From positions 11,980 to 75,979 of the forward strand of contig DF237410.1 of the NCBI GenBank assembly GCA_000708835.1: a stretch of 64,000 bases of DNA, given 5' to 3'. This document shows, piece after piece, positions 1 to 11,774 of this stretch. The stretch's first letter is position 1. The number at the start of each line of letters is the position of its first letter. The notes under the pieces were generated by a model. The model saw only the letters and a program-made list of their open reading frames with translations, was not told where the DNA came from and ran no database searches. This stretch comes from Klebsormidium nitens (taxonomy: Eukaryota > Plantae > Klebsormidiophyceae). The position numbers and the translations under genes are program-made.

Positions 1-3000
1 TGGTCGTAGTCGGTCAGGTAGTACGCCCGGATCACGGAGATGAGCAGCAGCGCAAAGATTGGGTTCACGGCCCCCGCCCCAATGGCCCCCAGCGTCCCCA
101 GCGCGCCGTACCTGCATCACGCAGCGCTGTGTCAGTTGACGAACGTGAACGCCTGCGCAAAGATGCACGAAGATATGAGGGCAAGCCATACTTGTTCGAA
201 CGACATTTAAATTCAAGGACGATTGGGAATTCAAGGTGGGCAAGAAAGAAGAAAGTGCCGTACTTCCACTCTGGCTTGTTCAGCTTGAGCAGGCGCCAGT
301 ACGACGGTGGTGCTGTGGGCGCCTCCTCCGCCACTCCCGCTGCTGCTGCCGGCTTGTCGGGGCCGCCATCGCTGACGGCGCTCAGGCCGCTGGCCGACGG
401 CGCGAGGCCGCTGCGCTGCAGAGACAGCTGCGGGCCGGCCAGGCGCGCCGGCGGGCGGTCGTCGTCCAGCGCAGCGCGGCGCGCCTGCAGCGCGATCAGG
501 GACGCGTACGCGCCACCCTCGCCGCGCGCCAGCAGCTCCTCGTGCCGGCCCTGCTCCACGATGCGGCCTGCACCGCACACACCGCCACTCAGGCAGAGCT
601 CGAGATGAGGGACGAGAAATGCGAGAAATTCATGTACAAGCGAGAAACCAGGCGGCCAGCAGGCGACGGCTCACTGCCAGGATCATCGGCTCCTCTTGCC
701 AGCAGGAGCGGTCGTCCCGTCGAGTCAGGTCATGTCCAGGTGGGCTGGGGCCATGCTCTGGTGCATGCGGGAGAAGAGAGGTCGGCGCGCGAGGTCTCAC
801 CTGACTGGAGCACCGCAATGGAGTCGGCGTTGCGGATAGTGGACAGCCTGCAGGAACAGCAAGACAACATCAGCAAGACGCACGCCAGGACCCTTGAGAG
901 GCAATATCGCTCTTAAGAGCTGCCCCCAACAGCTCGTTCGTCCCTGACTGGCATCCTCCATCCGGGCCTGCGGCGGGCGGGGTGGGGCACTGACCTGTGC
1001 GCGACGACGACGGTGGTGCGGCCGACCATGAGGCTGTCCAGCGCTTGCTGCACCACCTTCTCCGACTCGCTGTCCAGCGCGGAGGTGGCCTCGTCCAGCA
1101 GCAGGATGCGCGGGTTCTTGATCACCGCGCGCGCAATGGCGATGCGCTGCTTCTGCCCGCCCGACATCTGCACCCCGCGTTCGCCCACCTGCGCGCACGC
1201 GCCGCGGAGCACGCCTCAGAGGAGAGCGGGCAGAAGGACGCTGTGGGGCCGGCACCCTCGAAGCACTCTCCAGGCACGCGCAGCCAAGTCCGCAGATGGT
1301 AGCGTGCAGAAATGTTCACCGCCCTGCCGAGCGCGGTCTGCTGCCGCCACCAATCAAGGGACGACTCCCTGCAAGGCGCTTACCTGTGTCTCATAGCCAC
1401 GGGGCAACGTGCTGATGAATGTGTGCGCATTCGCGGCGCGCGCCGCAGCCTCAATCTCCTCGTTGGTTGCGTCCGGCTTGCCGTACAGGATATTGCCGCG
1501 GATCGTGGTGGCGAACAAGGCCGGCTCCTGCACGCACAGGCGCATGCCGAGAGGAGGTCACGCACACGGCAGCCAGGGGCCGCTGGCCTACAATGCGGGC
1601 GCAGCAGGAACAGGAGACCGCAACTGCACCCCCCGCCAGGGCGCATGGCAAATACGGCTGGGCAACCAGAGCAGTGCACCAGATTTGGGGAATATTCTCG
1701 TAGGCTATTTTGAGCGGCTGCAACACAAAGGGTTCGAAATGCACGTTCAGCAGGTCACAGATGCACATACAGGATCTCATTTGTTGTTTTTGCTCTCGCG
1801 TTCCAGTGTCGGCCCGAACCTGCGAGACGAGGCCGAGCTGCGCGCGCAGCCAGCGCAGCTGCAGGGTGCGCAGGTCGTGGCCGTCCAGGCTGACCACGCC
1901 GCCCTGCGGGTCGTAGAACCTGCACCGCCCCCGGTAGGCCGTCAGGGGCGAACAGGCGCGCTGGGTCATGCGAGAGAACATGCAAGAGCGGCCACAAAAT
2001 TCACGATCGATGTGATACACATAGACGACAGGCCGCCTTGAAAGGACACCGAAGGAAGTGCTCGAAAGCTGTCAAGCAGCGTCGCCCGCTCGTGCGCGGA
2101 CCTTTCGAGCAGGCCGACGATGGTGCTCTTGCCGCTGCCGCTGGAGCCGACGAGCGCAACGGTCTGCCCCGCCGGGATGCGGATGCTGAAGTCGCGGAAC
2201 ACGGGCTGGTCCGGCCGCGCCTGCAGAGCACACACGCACGCAGGCGTCAGGAGTGGAGGCTCCGCATGACACAGGGAAAGTGGGTGGGGAGCAGGGGGCA
2301 CTGGGACGTACGCCAGCCGAAGTGGCAAGACTGTGTCACAGCTAGGAACGCTGCGGCAGATGGGGCGCCCAGGCCGCGCGGGGGGCCTGACCGGGTAGGT
2401 GAAGTCGACGTGGTCGAGAGCGATGTCGCCCTGCACGGCCGGCAGCTGGAGGCCGCCCTCGTGGCTGGAGTCGATGGGCGGCACGCGCCGGATGGTCTCG
2501 AAGATCTTGTGCGCCGCAGCCTTGCCCTGCGCAAACGAGCGCAGGTACGGCGCCGCCTGACCCAGCCCCCTGCACAGCCAGCGCCAGTCAGCAACCGGGG
2601 GGGGGCAGGCACGCCGGGCAGGAACCGACCAGGGCCGCAGCAGACCGCGGTCTGCGTGGGCCCAACAAAAGAGCTGGCCACGGGGGGGAAGAACAAAGCC
2701 ACGGCCCGGCTCGCAACTCGAAGATGAACAGCATGCTCGTGCTCGTACTTTGCAGGATCTTGACTCTCATTCAGCGAGGTTGCAGCGAGTGAAGCATAAG
2801 GGGGTGCGGGTATGGGGCGCTCACAGGCCGCCGAGGATGACGGCGAACATGGTGGTGAGCGCCTGGCCGCCGTTGGCCTTGCCGTGGGTGACGAGCACGC
2901 TGCCGTACCAGAACTGCAGCGCCCACGCGCAGAAGAGCACGCCGAAGGTGACGCCCATGCCCAGCCCCTTGGCCAGGCCCTGGCCCAGGCCCAGCCGCAG

Positions 3001-5647
3001 CGTGGTCGCCAGCGCACCGCTGTACTGCCGCCGCGCAGCGTCCTCGCCAGCAAACGAGTACACCTGCCGCACGACCAGGCGGAGCATCACACGGGGGGTC
3101 GTCTTCTTGCCCTTCGTGAGTCTGGCATCCAAAGAGGAGTAGGCAGAGGGAAGGGGACGCCAGACACACAGCGAGAAGGCAGGGGCAAACAGGAGAAGCA
3201 GAGGGGAGCCACACTCCGGGAAAGGGCTCCAAGATGGTGAGGCGACCAGGGCGGGAGGGGCTGCCCAAAGGCGGGGCTGGTGGTTTTGCGGGCGGCAGGG
3301 TGTGATGGGGCCCTCACCGTCCTGACGGCGCTGACCATCTGCTCGGCCACGCTGCCGGCGCCGCTGTAGGCGGCCTGGCCCTTGGCGACGAGGCCGGTGA
3401 GCACGACGGCGTATATCCCGCCCGCGGCGGCCAGCACGGGGACGATGGCCAGGATCACCAGCGAGAGCTGCCACAGCGTTGCGAAGCCCACCACGAAGCC
3501 ACCCACGAATGTGCCCTGGAGCAACAAACACCAGACCAGCACAGCTCAGGAAGAGCGGGGCGCGGGCCACGGGGCCAGGTCACAACTATCTGTGGGCTTC
3601 ACAAGGGTGCAGGCACAGAGAGAAATATAGCCAAGCACCGCGGTTTGCACAGCTGCTGAAAGGATGTGAGATCCGAATTCGCCTACGGGCAGGGCGGCGT
3701 GATCGAGAGTGGCTCACCATGAACTGCAGGTAAGTCCCAACCTGGGGCGAAAAAAGAGAGGGAGGTCAGGGGAAGCACAGAGGGGCTTTAGGAGGCACTC
3801 TCTCCGTACCTTACCCAACAAGGCCTTCAGGCAACTGCAGCAAGCAAATCTAGCCGAGTGTCTGGAGGGGTCACTCGAGAAGTGTGAGGCAAGTTGGCCC
3901 TCACCTTCTCGCTCATGGCTTCCTGAACCAAGATGGTATCAGAGGACACGCGACTGACGATCTCTCCAGTGCTGGTCTCCGTGTCTGCACACACAGACGA
4001 AGCGTTTACTACCCCTTCCATGACGCCTCCAACCAGAGCATCTGCTCCGAAATTAGACAACCACGGAAGGGGCTTTTCGAGATTGCCAATAAGGTCAGGA
4101 AATGCTCGGAAGCCTTGGCTGTGCCGAGCCCCCGCCCTCACCAAAGTAGCCCACGTCCTGGCGCAGGATGGCCCGCAGGTACTTGGTGCGGATGCGTGAT
4201 GCCTGGCGCTCGCCTGCACAGCAAGGTACCAGATAGTCTCAAGCCTGCAGTGGAGGGGGGTCCATCCTGGGGAGAGACAGCTGGACAATGCGCACCTCAG
4301 AGACTGCATCAGCTCGATCCCAGGTGTCCCCAGGTGTCATCCAGGTCGTCTCAGAGGACTTTGGAGCACAACGGAGGACAGACTCGGTGGCTTGCTTGGA
4401 TGCTTGGATCAGACATGAGCACAGTCGATGCAGAGACTTGTCTCCTCACCTGTGGTCATCCAGCAGGACACCTCTGCAAAGGAACAGCAAGGCATCAAGA
4501 TGGGCATGGAGCAGCGGGAAGCGAGCGGGGGCTGGTCATTGTCAGAATCAAATCACTTGTTGTGGACAGACAGGGCGTGGGGCAGAGGAGACCAGGCAAG
4601 CACAGAGACAGAGAGAGCGGGGCAGGGAGGCAGGGGGGAAGGCAGCAGGGGCACAGACGGGGGTACTGCAAAAGGGGAGGGGCTTACGGAGCCAGCAGGC
4701 AAACAGCTCCACCAGGGCCAGGTATGCAAAGTAGCTGGCGTACTGCGGTCGCAGGACAGGCGGGATAGGATTAAGGGATGACGCTGGGAGGCACCAAGAA
4801 ATGATGGCACTCATGGTGAGCTCCTCCCTCAGGGGCACAGCACAACATGGGCCACACCATCAGCAGCGCGCTTGCGCAGTCTCTACAACACAATGCCGGA
4901 TCTGCAAGAGAGCAGGCAGCAGCAGGCACAGTGATTGGAGCAAGGGGCTTGCCATCTGTGGCGGGGGGCTCACCTTGGAGACCTGCCTGATGAGCTCGTC
5001 GTTATCCGGGACCGAGCCAAAGGTGTTGACCAGCTTGCCAAAGAAGAGGAAGAAGACTGCACCACCATAGGCACACAAACAGGATCAGAATTGTCACAAG
5101 GGAGGGGTACAATCAACTACAGGAGGTACTCTTCACTCTAACCTTGGCAGGAAAACGGGGCCACTCCGCCTTAGCTGCTGCATACGTAGGAGCTGCTGTC
5201 AAGCTCCAGCACCCCGCGAGTGCGAGACCAGACACTCAGTGCTCCCCGCCCCTCCCCCCTGGGCGTGCCTGGCTGCCCACCTGGCAGTGACACCCCGTTG
5301 GCGATGGCCCCCAGGGAGCCCAGCACCATGAGCAGCAAATCCAGCGAGTCTGCGTAGCGGTACAGCTCCCAGTACTTCACCATCGGCGCCTTGGCAGCCG
5401 TCTCCCCGGTCTCCCCCTCTTGCCCCGGCTTCTTCTTGCGGAACCAGCCCCCCTTGCTCTTGCTCTCTGCAGCAGGGGCGGTGGCCGCCGGCTGCTGTGG
5501 CTGGGCCTTGTGCGTGCCCAGGCCGTCCTCCAGGTGCGCCACGCCACCATTGGTGGCCGCCCCGGCACCAGCCTCCGCCACAGCCTCTACGCTGCCCAGA
5601 GGGGCCACCCCCTCCACAGACACCGCGCCTGGAACAACACCCGCCAT
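1..5647 (-). CDS. ABCB: Full-size ABCB (MDR/P-glycoprotein) ABC transporter, multi-exon, 3' half truncated by the window edge
   Basis: ATG at 5647. Spliced exons give TMD1 ([21 protein letters not shown]; [25 protein letters not shown]), Walker [11 protein letters not shown]-loop (GLVSQ|EPALF), signature/Walker [14 protein letters not shown]...[13 protein letters not shown]-loop VVAHR, a linker, then the start of TMD2 ([14 protein letters not shown]) at 1-60. GT-AG junctions keep frame where checked. Confidence 0.95.
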
Positions 5648-6867
5648 CGCCGCCGCCTGATCACAGGAACAAGGCTACAATGCAAGCAGGCGTGAAGCAA
5701 CACAAGAGCGATGCAGCTCCAGCAACGAGCTGCACAGAGGGTCCTGGACGGCCGCTCCTGCAGCCCGCACAGAGATTCCAACTTATCGGCCGCAGCCACG
5801 GCCACTGCAATGCCTGCACGCAGCGAGATCAATTGAACAGGTAACGAACTGGATGACGTGATCCCTCAGCTCAGCTTCGCATTTGAAACTCAAGGCGTTT
5901 TGTAATAATACATAACCCTTCGGTAGGATTTAACAAGGATTTAGGATTTTAGTCTATTTCAGTTAAAAATACAATTCATGCTTAATATGATACTGTCACC
6001 TGTGTTGTTCAAAGATTTAGCTGGCCGGGCGCGGCAACTCAATTGAGTCTGTACGTGTTCGCGTGCAAGTCTATGAACCGGCCTTCGACCGGTGCATACA
6101 TATACCTGCCTTGCTGCCGAATACCGCCTCCTTATAACCCCTGCGAAAAGGAAGGATTAAATGCGGAGATGCCGTACTGCAGTTTGATTTCAGCACCTTC
6201 GACGGCGAAAAGTTACATATGAAACTTTATATCCTTTCGGCATACCTAAAGCTACCGGCCTGCTAAAACTAACCGTTTTCGATTATTATCGCCTCAAATA
6301 TTTTCCAGCGGAATTCGGCAGGGCACATTCAAGATCATCTAGTTTTTTGCTCGCCCATATTTATATGGGGCGAGGTATAGCGGACATCCGGAGGTGAGGT
6401 CTCTCCGGCAAATTATTTCACTGTACGACTTCCCGGCACCTAGATGGTCTGAAACAGCGGTGACGTTGTACTACGTATTTGGTCAAAGTTCTGGGCTGAC
6501 TGATTTATGCTGTATAAAAGCCAAGTTTGTACGGTGGAATCTTACAAATCCGCCGGAAATAATATTCTCCGGCATACAGCAAAATCCGTCTCCGACATTT
6601 TCCGGTTTAAGCGGGAATGGGCCAACCGAACATTGAGAATCACTCAGTGTTTTTGGGCCACTCAAGGTCCCCGTATATCCTCCAAACGATGGAGATTAAC
6701 CGGTTTTCTCCGATACTTTCGGCGTTTTCCACGTTGTACAACAGTTTCTGTTTGGTCCGATTTTGGCCGAGTTAAGCAGTGCATTGCAATATGATGCCTG
6801 GGGTCTTGCCCTGGTCAACACCGAGATCAAGAAGGCACGAAGGCAGTCTGATTTTGAAAACCGGGGC

Positions 6868-7064
6868 GCCCTCCCACCCACCCAATCACAAGAATTTCAT
6901 AAGATGTGACAAGGAACCCTTGTACTGTAACTAAGTTTTATAGACTTTTATTCACTTTCATAAGTTATAACATATGCTGTGTTAATATCGTACCGGGGCC
7001 CGCACGGGGATCAATATTGCCCTCCCACCCGCCCATGAATGTGGGTCGGGCCGCCCTCCCACCC
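6868..7064 (+). repeat. Three exact copies of the 12-mer GCCCTCCCACCC
   Basis: Copies at 6868-6879, 7019-7030 and 7053-7064, in the ABCB/UROD divergent intergenic region. Confidence 0.85.
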
Positions 7065-7120
7065 CCCCTCATTGAAGCAATTCTCTTATATGAAGCTTTC
7101 TATATTGAGGCGAGCTGCAA

Positions 7121-7151
7121 AATCCGCCGCAGGCGGATTGTGTCGTCCTAG
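7121..7151 (+). mobile_element. Candidate Helitron-like 3' terminus (hairpin plus CTAG); element body not defined
   Basis: Perfect 8-bp stem AATCCGCC-gca-GGCGGATT (7121-7139), an 8-nt spacer, CTAG (7148-7151), then T. No RepHel ORF and no clear 5' TC end found. Confidence 0.35.
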
Positions 7152-7258
7152 TTTTGCCCAACTCAGGACTTCCGACCTCCCAAACAGTGACTGTGCATGA
7201 CATTGACTGGTCAAAAACGTTTGTGCCGGTTGTTGAAGTCCAAGCTGGGGACCGCGCC

Positions 7259-9868
7259 ATGGCTGCTGTAGCGCCCTGCTCCGGCGCTGCCCAGCTGGTG
7301 CGGAGCTCCTTGTCCTCCGGGACGCCGCAGCCCCGCATTGCCGGCACCGCTGCCCGCGCTGCGCCATGTCCTCGCGCGCTCAGGTGAGCCCCATTCTCCC
7401 TGCGCCCTGCATTGTATCCGTGGTGGCGCTCCGGCGCATACGATGCAGGCTGCATGAGCCGCCTCACCAGCCAGGCGGGGCCGCCATGCCGCGTATGAGC
7501 TGCCCTCTGCATTGACTGCCATGGCGTCTGAGTGGCCCTCCTGTCCTTTGTTCGCTCATGCTGTCCTCAGCTGGCAGGGAGGCGCATCCCTGGCAATGCA
7601 ATGCTGCAGCGGGCAACGAATTGGGTCCTGTGGCGAATTCTCCTGTGATGGCCGGGCCCTGGCTCGGCCCGCAGCATGGTGGAAGGTGCTATCTTGGCAG
7701 GCCCAATGTGGCCCGCCAGAGAGCTCAGCGCCCGCCGCCGTGTTGCTTGGGCCCCGCGGTATTGGTTCCTTAGCTGGCTTTAGCAGTCCTTGCAGGGTGT
7801 TGCGGAGCAGGGAGCATAAGTGCCGCGTGTGCTAAACGGCAGTGTCATTGAGGGCCAGAACTTTCTGCTGGCTGTGTGCAGGCTAGGGGGCGATCGCGGC
7901 TGGGGCGCGCAGGCTGGGCTGGGGCGCTCGACGTTTGTGGGAGGGGTGGGCAGCTTGGAGCAGCAGCGCCCGCAGACACGGCGCCAGTGCGGCCAGCGCA
8001 GCGTGGTGGCCAGTGCCACCTCTGAAGGTGAGCGCTGCGGACACAGGACCGGGCCGCCAGTGCCACGCGCAGCAGTCCCTGTCCTTGTTACCCTCCAGTT
8101 TGATGGCATGGAGCACTTTTTGTAGTAAAAGAGGCCTTGTAGATCCACTTTCTTCCCCTGAATTGCGCCACTGCATAGGGGGCACCCCCTCTTGCTGAGA
8201 GTGCCATTGCGGCGGAGTGTCGCGGGCCCTCCTTCCCCCAAGCCCCCCCCCCCACACGTCTGCCCTCCCCCCCCCATCCTGGTGCAGCGCCGCTGCTGGT
8301 GCGCGCGGCGCGGCGCGAGGCGGTGGAGCGCGCCCCGGCATGGATGATGCGGCAGGCGGGGCGCTACATGGCGGCCTACAAGGAGCTCACCAAGAAGCAC
8401 CCCTCCTTCCGCGAGCGCTCCGAGACCACGGACCTGATTGTGGAGATCAGCCTGCAGCCGTGGCAGGCCTTCCGGCCGGACGGGGTCATCCTGTTCAGCG
8501 ACATCCTGACGCCGCTGCCCGCGGTGGGCATCCCGTTTGACATCGATGAGACTAAGGGCCCGCTCATTGACTCGCCTATCCGCAGCAAGGAGGCCCTCGC
8601 CGCGCTACGCCCGATCGAGCTGGACCGCCTCACCTTCGTGGGGGACGCGCTCAGGACCCTACACAAGGAGGTGCGCCCCCGCCTGCCCTACTGGCCCGCC
8701 ACTCTGTGTGCCCCTATTGCAGCTTCACCTGGCTGCCAATTGTGGAAGCCCTCAAACTGCCTGTCATTGTGAGGCATAGCCTGTGTCACTTGGGTAGCAA
8801 AACGCGCATCATTCAGCTTGGAGCTTTTAGCTCGTCTCTTGCACAAATATGTTGACGACAGAACCCTTTGGACAGTGCCTCTCCAAGCAAAGATGATTTC
8901 GGGCAGCCCCTGCTGCCTGGTCCGCACAGAGTGACAGCTGCGCTTGATTGTGAGGTTGTTGTGCTGTCAGTGAGCGGTGGCGGTCCGGGTGTGCTGTGTG
9001 CGCGCAGGTGGCGGGGCAGGCGGCGGTGCTCGGCTTTGTGGGCAGCCCGTGGACGCTGGCGACGTACATTGTGGAGGGGCGCAGCACGCGCACGTACAAG
9101 GTGATCAAGGCCATGACGTTCAGCGACCCGGACGTGCTGCGCCCGCTGCTGGACCACCTGGCCACCGAGATCGGCAAGTACATGTGCTACCAGATCGAGG
9201 CCGGCGCGGACTGCATCCAGATCTTCGACAGCTGGGGCGGCCAGCTGCCCCCGCGCCTCTGGGACGTCTGGTCCAAGCCGTACATCGCCAAGGTGACCCC
9301 CCGCCACGCAGCCTAACCCCTTCTCCAAAGTTTCAATGTTTGCTCAAGCTTCTGTTTGGACCATCGGGTACATCCTCTTGCGCTTTGGTGACCTCATTTG
9401 CTGATAAAAGTACAGCTTTTTCTCGCTTCGAATGCACCAGCACGGAACGTCAGAGCTTGCGGTTGGTCGAGGCGGTTTCCCATTGGTCTGGGGCGTGGGT
9501 CGCAGGCGGTGGGCATGGTGCGCGCGGCGCACCCGGAGGTGCCGCTGGTGCTGTACGCCAACGGGAGCGGCGGCCTGCTGGAGCGCATGGCCACGGTGGG
9601 GGTGGACGTCATCGGGCTGGACTGGACCATCGACATGGAGGACGGGCGGCGCCGCCTCGGGCCGCAGCTGGCGGTGCAGGGGAACGTGGACCCCGCGGTG
9701 CTCTTTGCAACGCCCGAGGCAATCACGGAAGCCATCGAGGACACGATCCGGAAGGCAGGACCGACGGGGCACATTTTGAATCTAGGGCATGGTGTCCTGG
9801 TGGGGACCCCGGAAGAGCGAGTTGCGCACTTTTTTGACACCAACCGAAGCTTAAAGTACAGCCAATGA
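7259..9868 (+). CDS. hemE: Uroporphyrinogen III decarboxylase, plastid-type (HEME1-like), 5 exons, about 433 aa
   Basis: Exons 7259-7383, 7882-8027, 8288-8670, 9008-9292 and 9506-9868 splice in frame. Ala/Ser/Arg-rich transit-peptide-like N-terminus, then [33 protein letters not shown] and HILNLGHG. Confidence 0.96.
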
Positions 9869-11774
9869 CAAACGACATATATCTGAGATGCGAGTAGGAC
9901 AGGTGGCAGAGCGAGAGCTAGCCGGGTCTCCATTCTGGGCCCGTTGCCATTGAGGGCATACATTCTGGTAAACGTTATATGTCTCCAATTTCTTTGAGAG
10001 AGTTGCAAGTTGCAACAGGTATACCACTGTGCTTAATGGTAAAACTTTGTCAACGTTGAGCCAGTTGCATCCGAATGGATGGTGTATTAACTCATCATGA
10101 AGCACAAATGGGCCACGTATATGCTTGTGGCAGCAAGCGTGCCCATCACAGCAGTGCGCATTTCAGTACTACTGGACGGTCGCTGCGCCAACGCAAAGCA
10201 GCTAGCTCCTGGGGACCTGGCCTGCCATTGCCCTCGTCGAAGATACTGTTGTTCGACCTTAAACCTTTTGCTTACGATATATGCGGGGCCTATGCATGTC
10301 TGGTATGTCAGCATATGGCCATCCAATGATTGGCTCAGCGTAAGCCGCACAGTAAGAATTGGTTACGATATAGGTATGCGGGGACATGCACGATTAGCCA
10401 CAAGCTCATGGCTGTTTCCAGCTCAGTGGGGAATTGGGGCTGTGAAACATAGCTTCCGCGAAAATACCCATAGTTGCATCACATGGATCCAGGCCGCCAG
10501 CCTCCTTAGCCGTTCCATGACATGCACAATTTTTGTCAACAGTTGGTAAAACACTTCCTCCAAAAGATCGCCCTGGCTGAGGCTTGTCGAATGATCCAAT
10601 CGTCTAATGCTTGAGAAGAATTGCCTTTCTAAGCCTTTCATAGGAACGTCCATCCCACCAATTTACACCGATAAGACATCAGGTCTGCCGACTCGAAACT
10701 CAGTACCAAATGAACAAAGGCGCTGCATTTGCTTTCAGAGCTCGACTGCCAGTCTTGAGGCAAATCGCAAAAGCTCTTATTCCGAGTCAGCCACAGAGCA
10801 AGGGGCTCCCTCACAGAGGCAATCAGTGTGCAAACATAGATAGGGACTGGCCATGCCAGAATTGCGTTTTTGCTGATGTGAGCCTCGTTGCGGTACATGT
10901 GCAATTGCTGAAATGGCAACCAGCCCAAAAGAACCTTGCAACAACTTCAAGCAATGCGGCGATACCTTCAAGTAGTGATAGACGGGCTCTTACATTGGCA
11001 GCATCCTTTCCCACTGTCATTCCACCAAGCAAGAACACCTCCTGTCTCATCAAGAATCACGAAGTCAAGCTGGCCAGCTTATTGAGTATCACAAGTTTTT
11101 CCAAAAAAGGGTGAAAACATGCAGAACCCAAAACCCGTGATCTTAAAGGCCCACGACTAAGAGCATTGACAGGTAAAAGAAGAGATGGTCGCCGTTCTCC
11201 TAAAAGCAACCACAGCTTGATTGGACCTTCTCATCTTCATTAAGGGCTACTTGATCGAATCAAGCGGCTGATTGCACAACGAGGCTGACAGCTTCTGTGC
11301 TGTCAGCGCAATGCTGAACGACTCAGTCTTCAGAGACCCTCACTAGCCCATCAAGTCCTTATGAAAGAAGGCACAAGCCGAACCATACTGATCGAAGCAG
11401 ATGGCCAAAGGCACGTGGAAAACAAACACCCAGTATCTAACCAGCCGACAGAACGCCCAGCTTCTTGAACGGCCATGATCAATGTAGACCCTCACGAATC
11501 GAATTGAACATTCAGAAGGAGCTTCCAGCTTGGAATCAGAACTCAATTACCAGAACTCGCAGCTCAGCCTGTCTACTACACATGGCAAAGCAGAAGCGAT
11601 CCTTCTGACAATTCGTCAGTAGATCAGCCAATTTCTTCAAACTTGTGTATCATGACATCCCGATACAAACACCGACATTCCTCAAACAAGTGCATGGACA
11701 GAAATGGACAACAAGGGGCTCGACGTCAGGTAATTTACAGCACGGATGTCCACAACAGAGCATGTGTGCTGCGG

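Noticed and set aside
6024-6040. GCCGGGCGCGG resembling the 7SL/SRP RNA 5' end
   Set aside because: Similarity stops after 11 nt and no SRP helices follow.
6225-6240. ATATCCTTT, a U12 donor-like motif (similar GTATCCTT motifs lie inside SOUL and ADC introns)
   Set aside because: None coincides with a required exon boundary; the reconstructed junctions are GT-AG or GC-AG U2-type.
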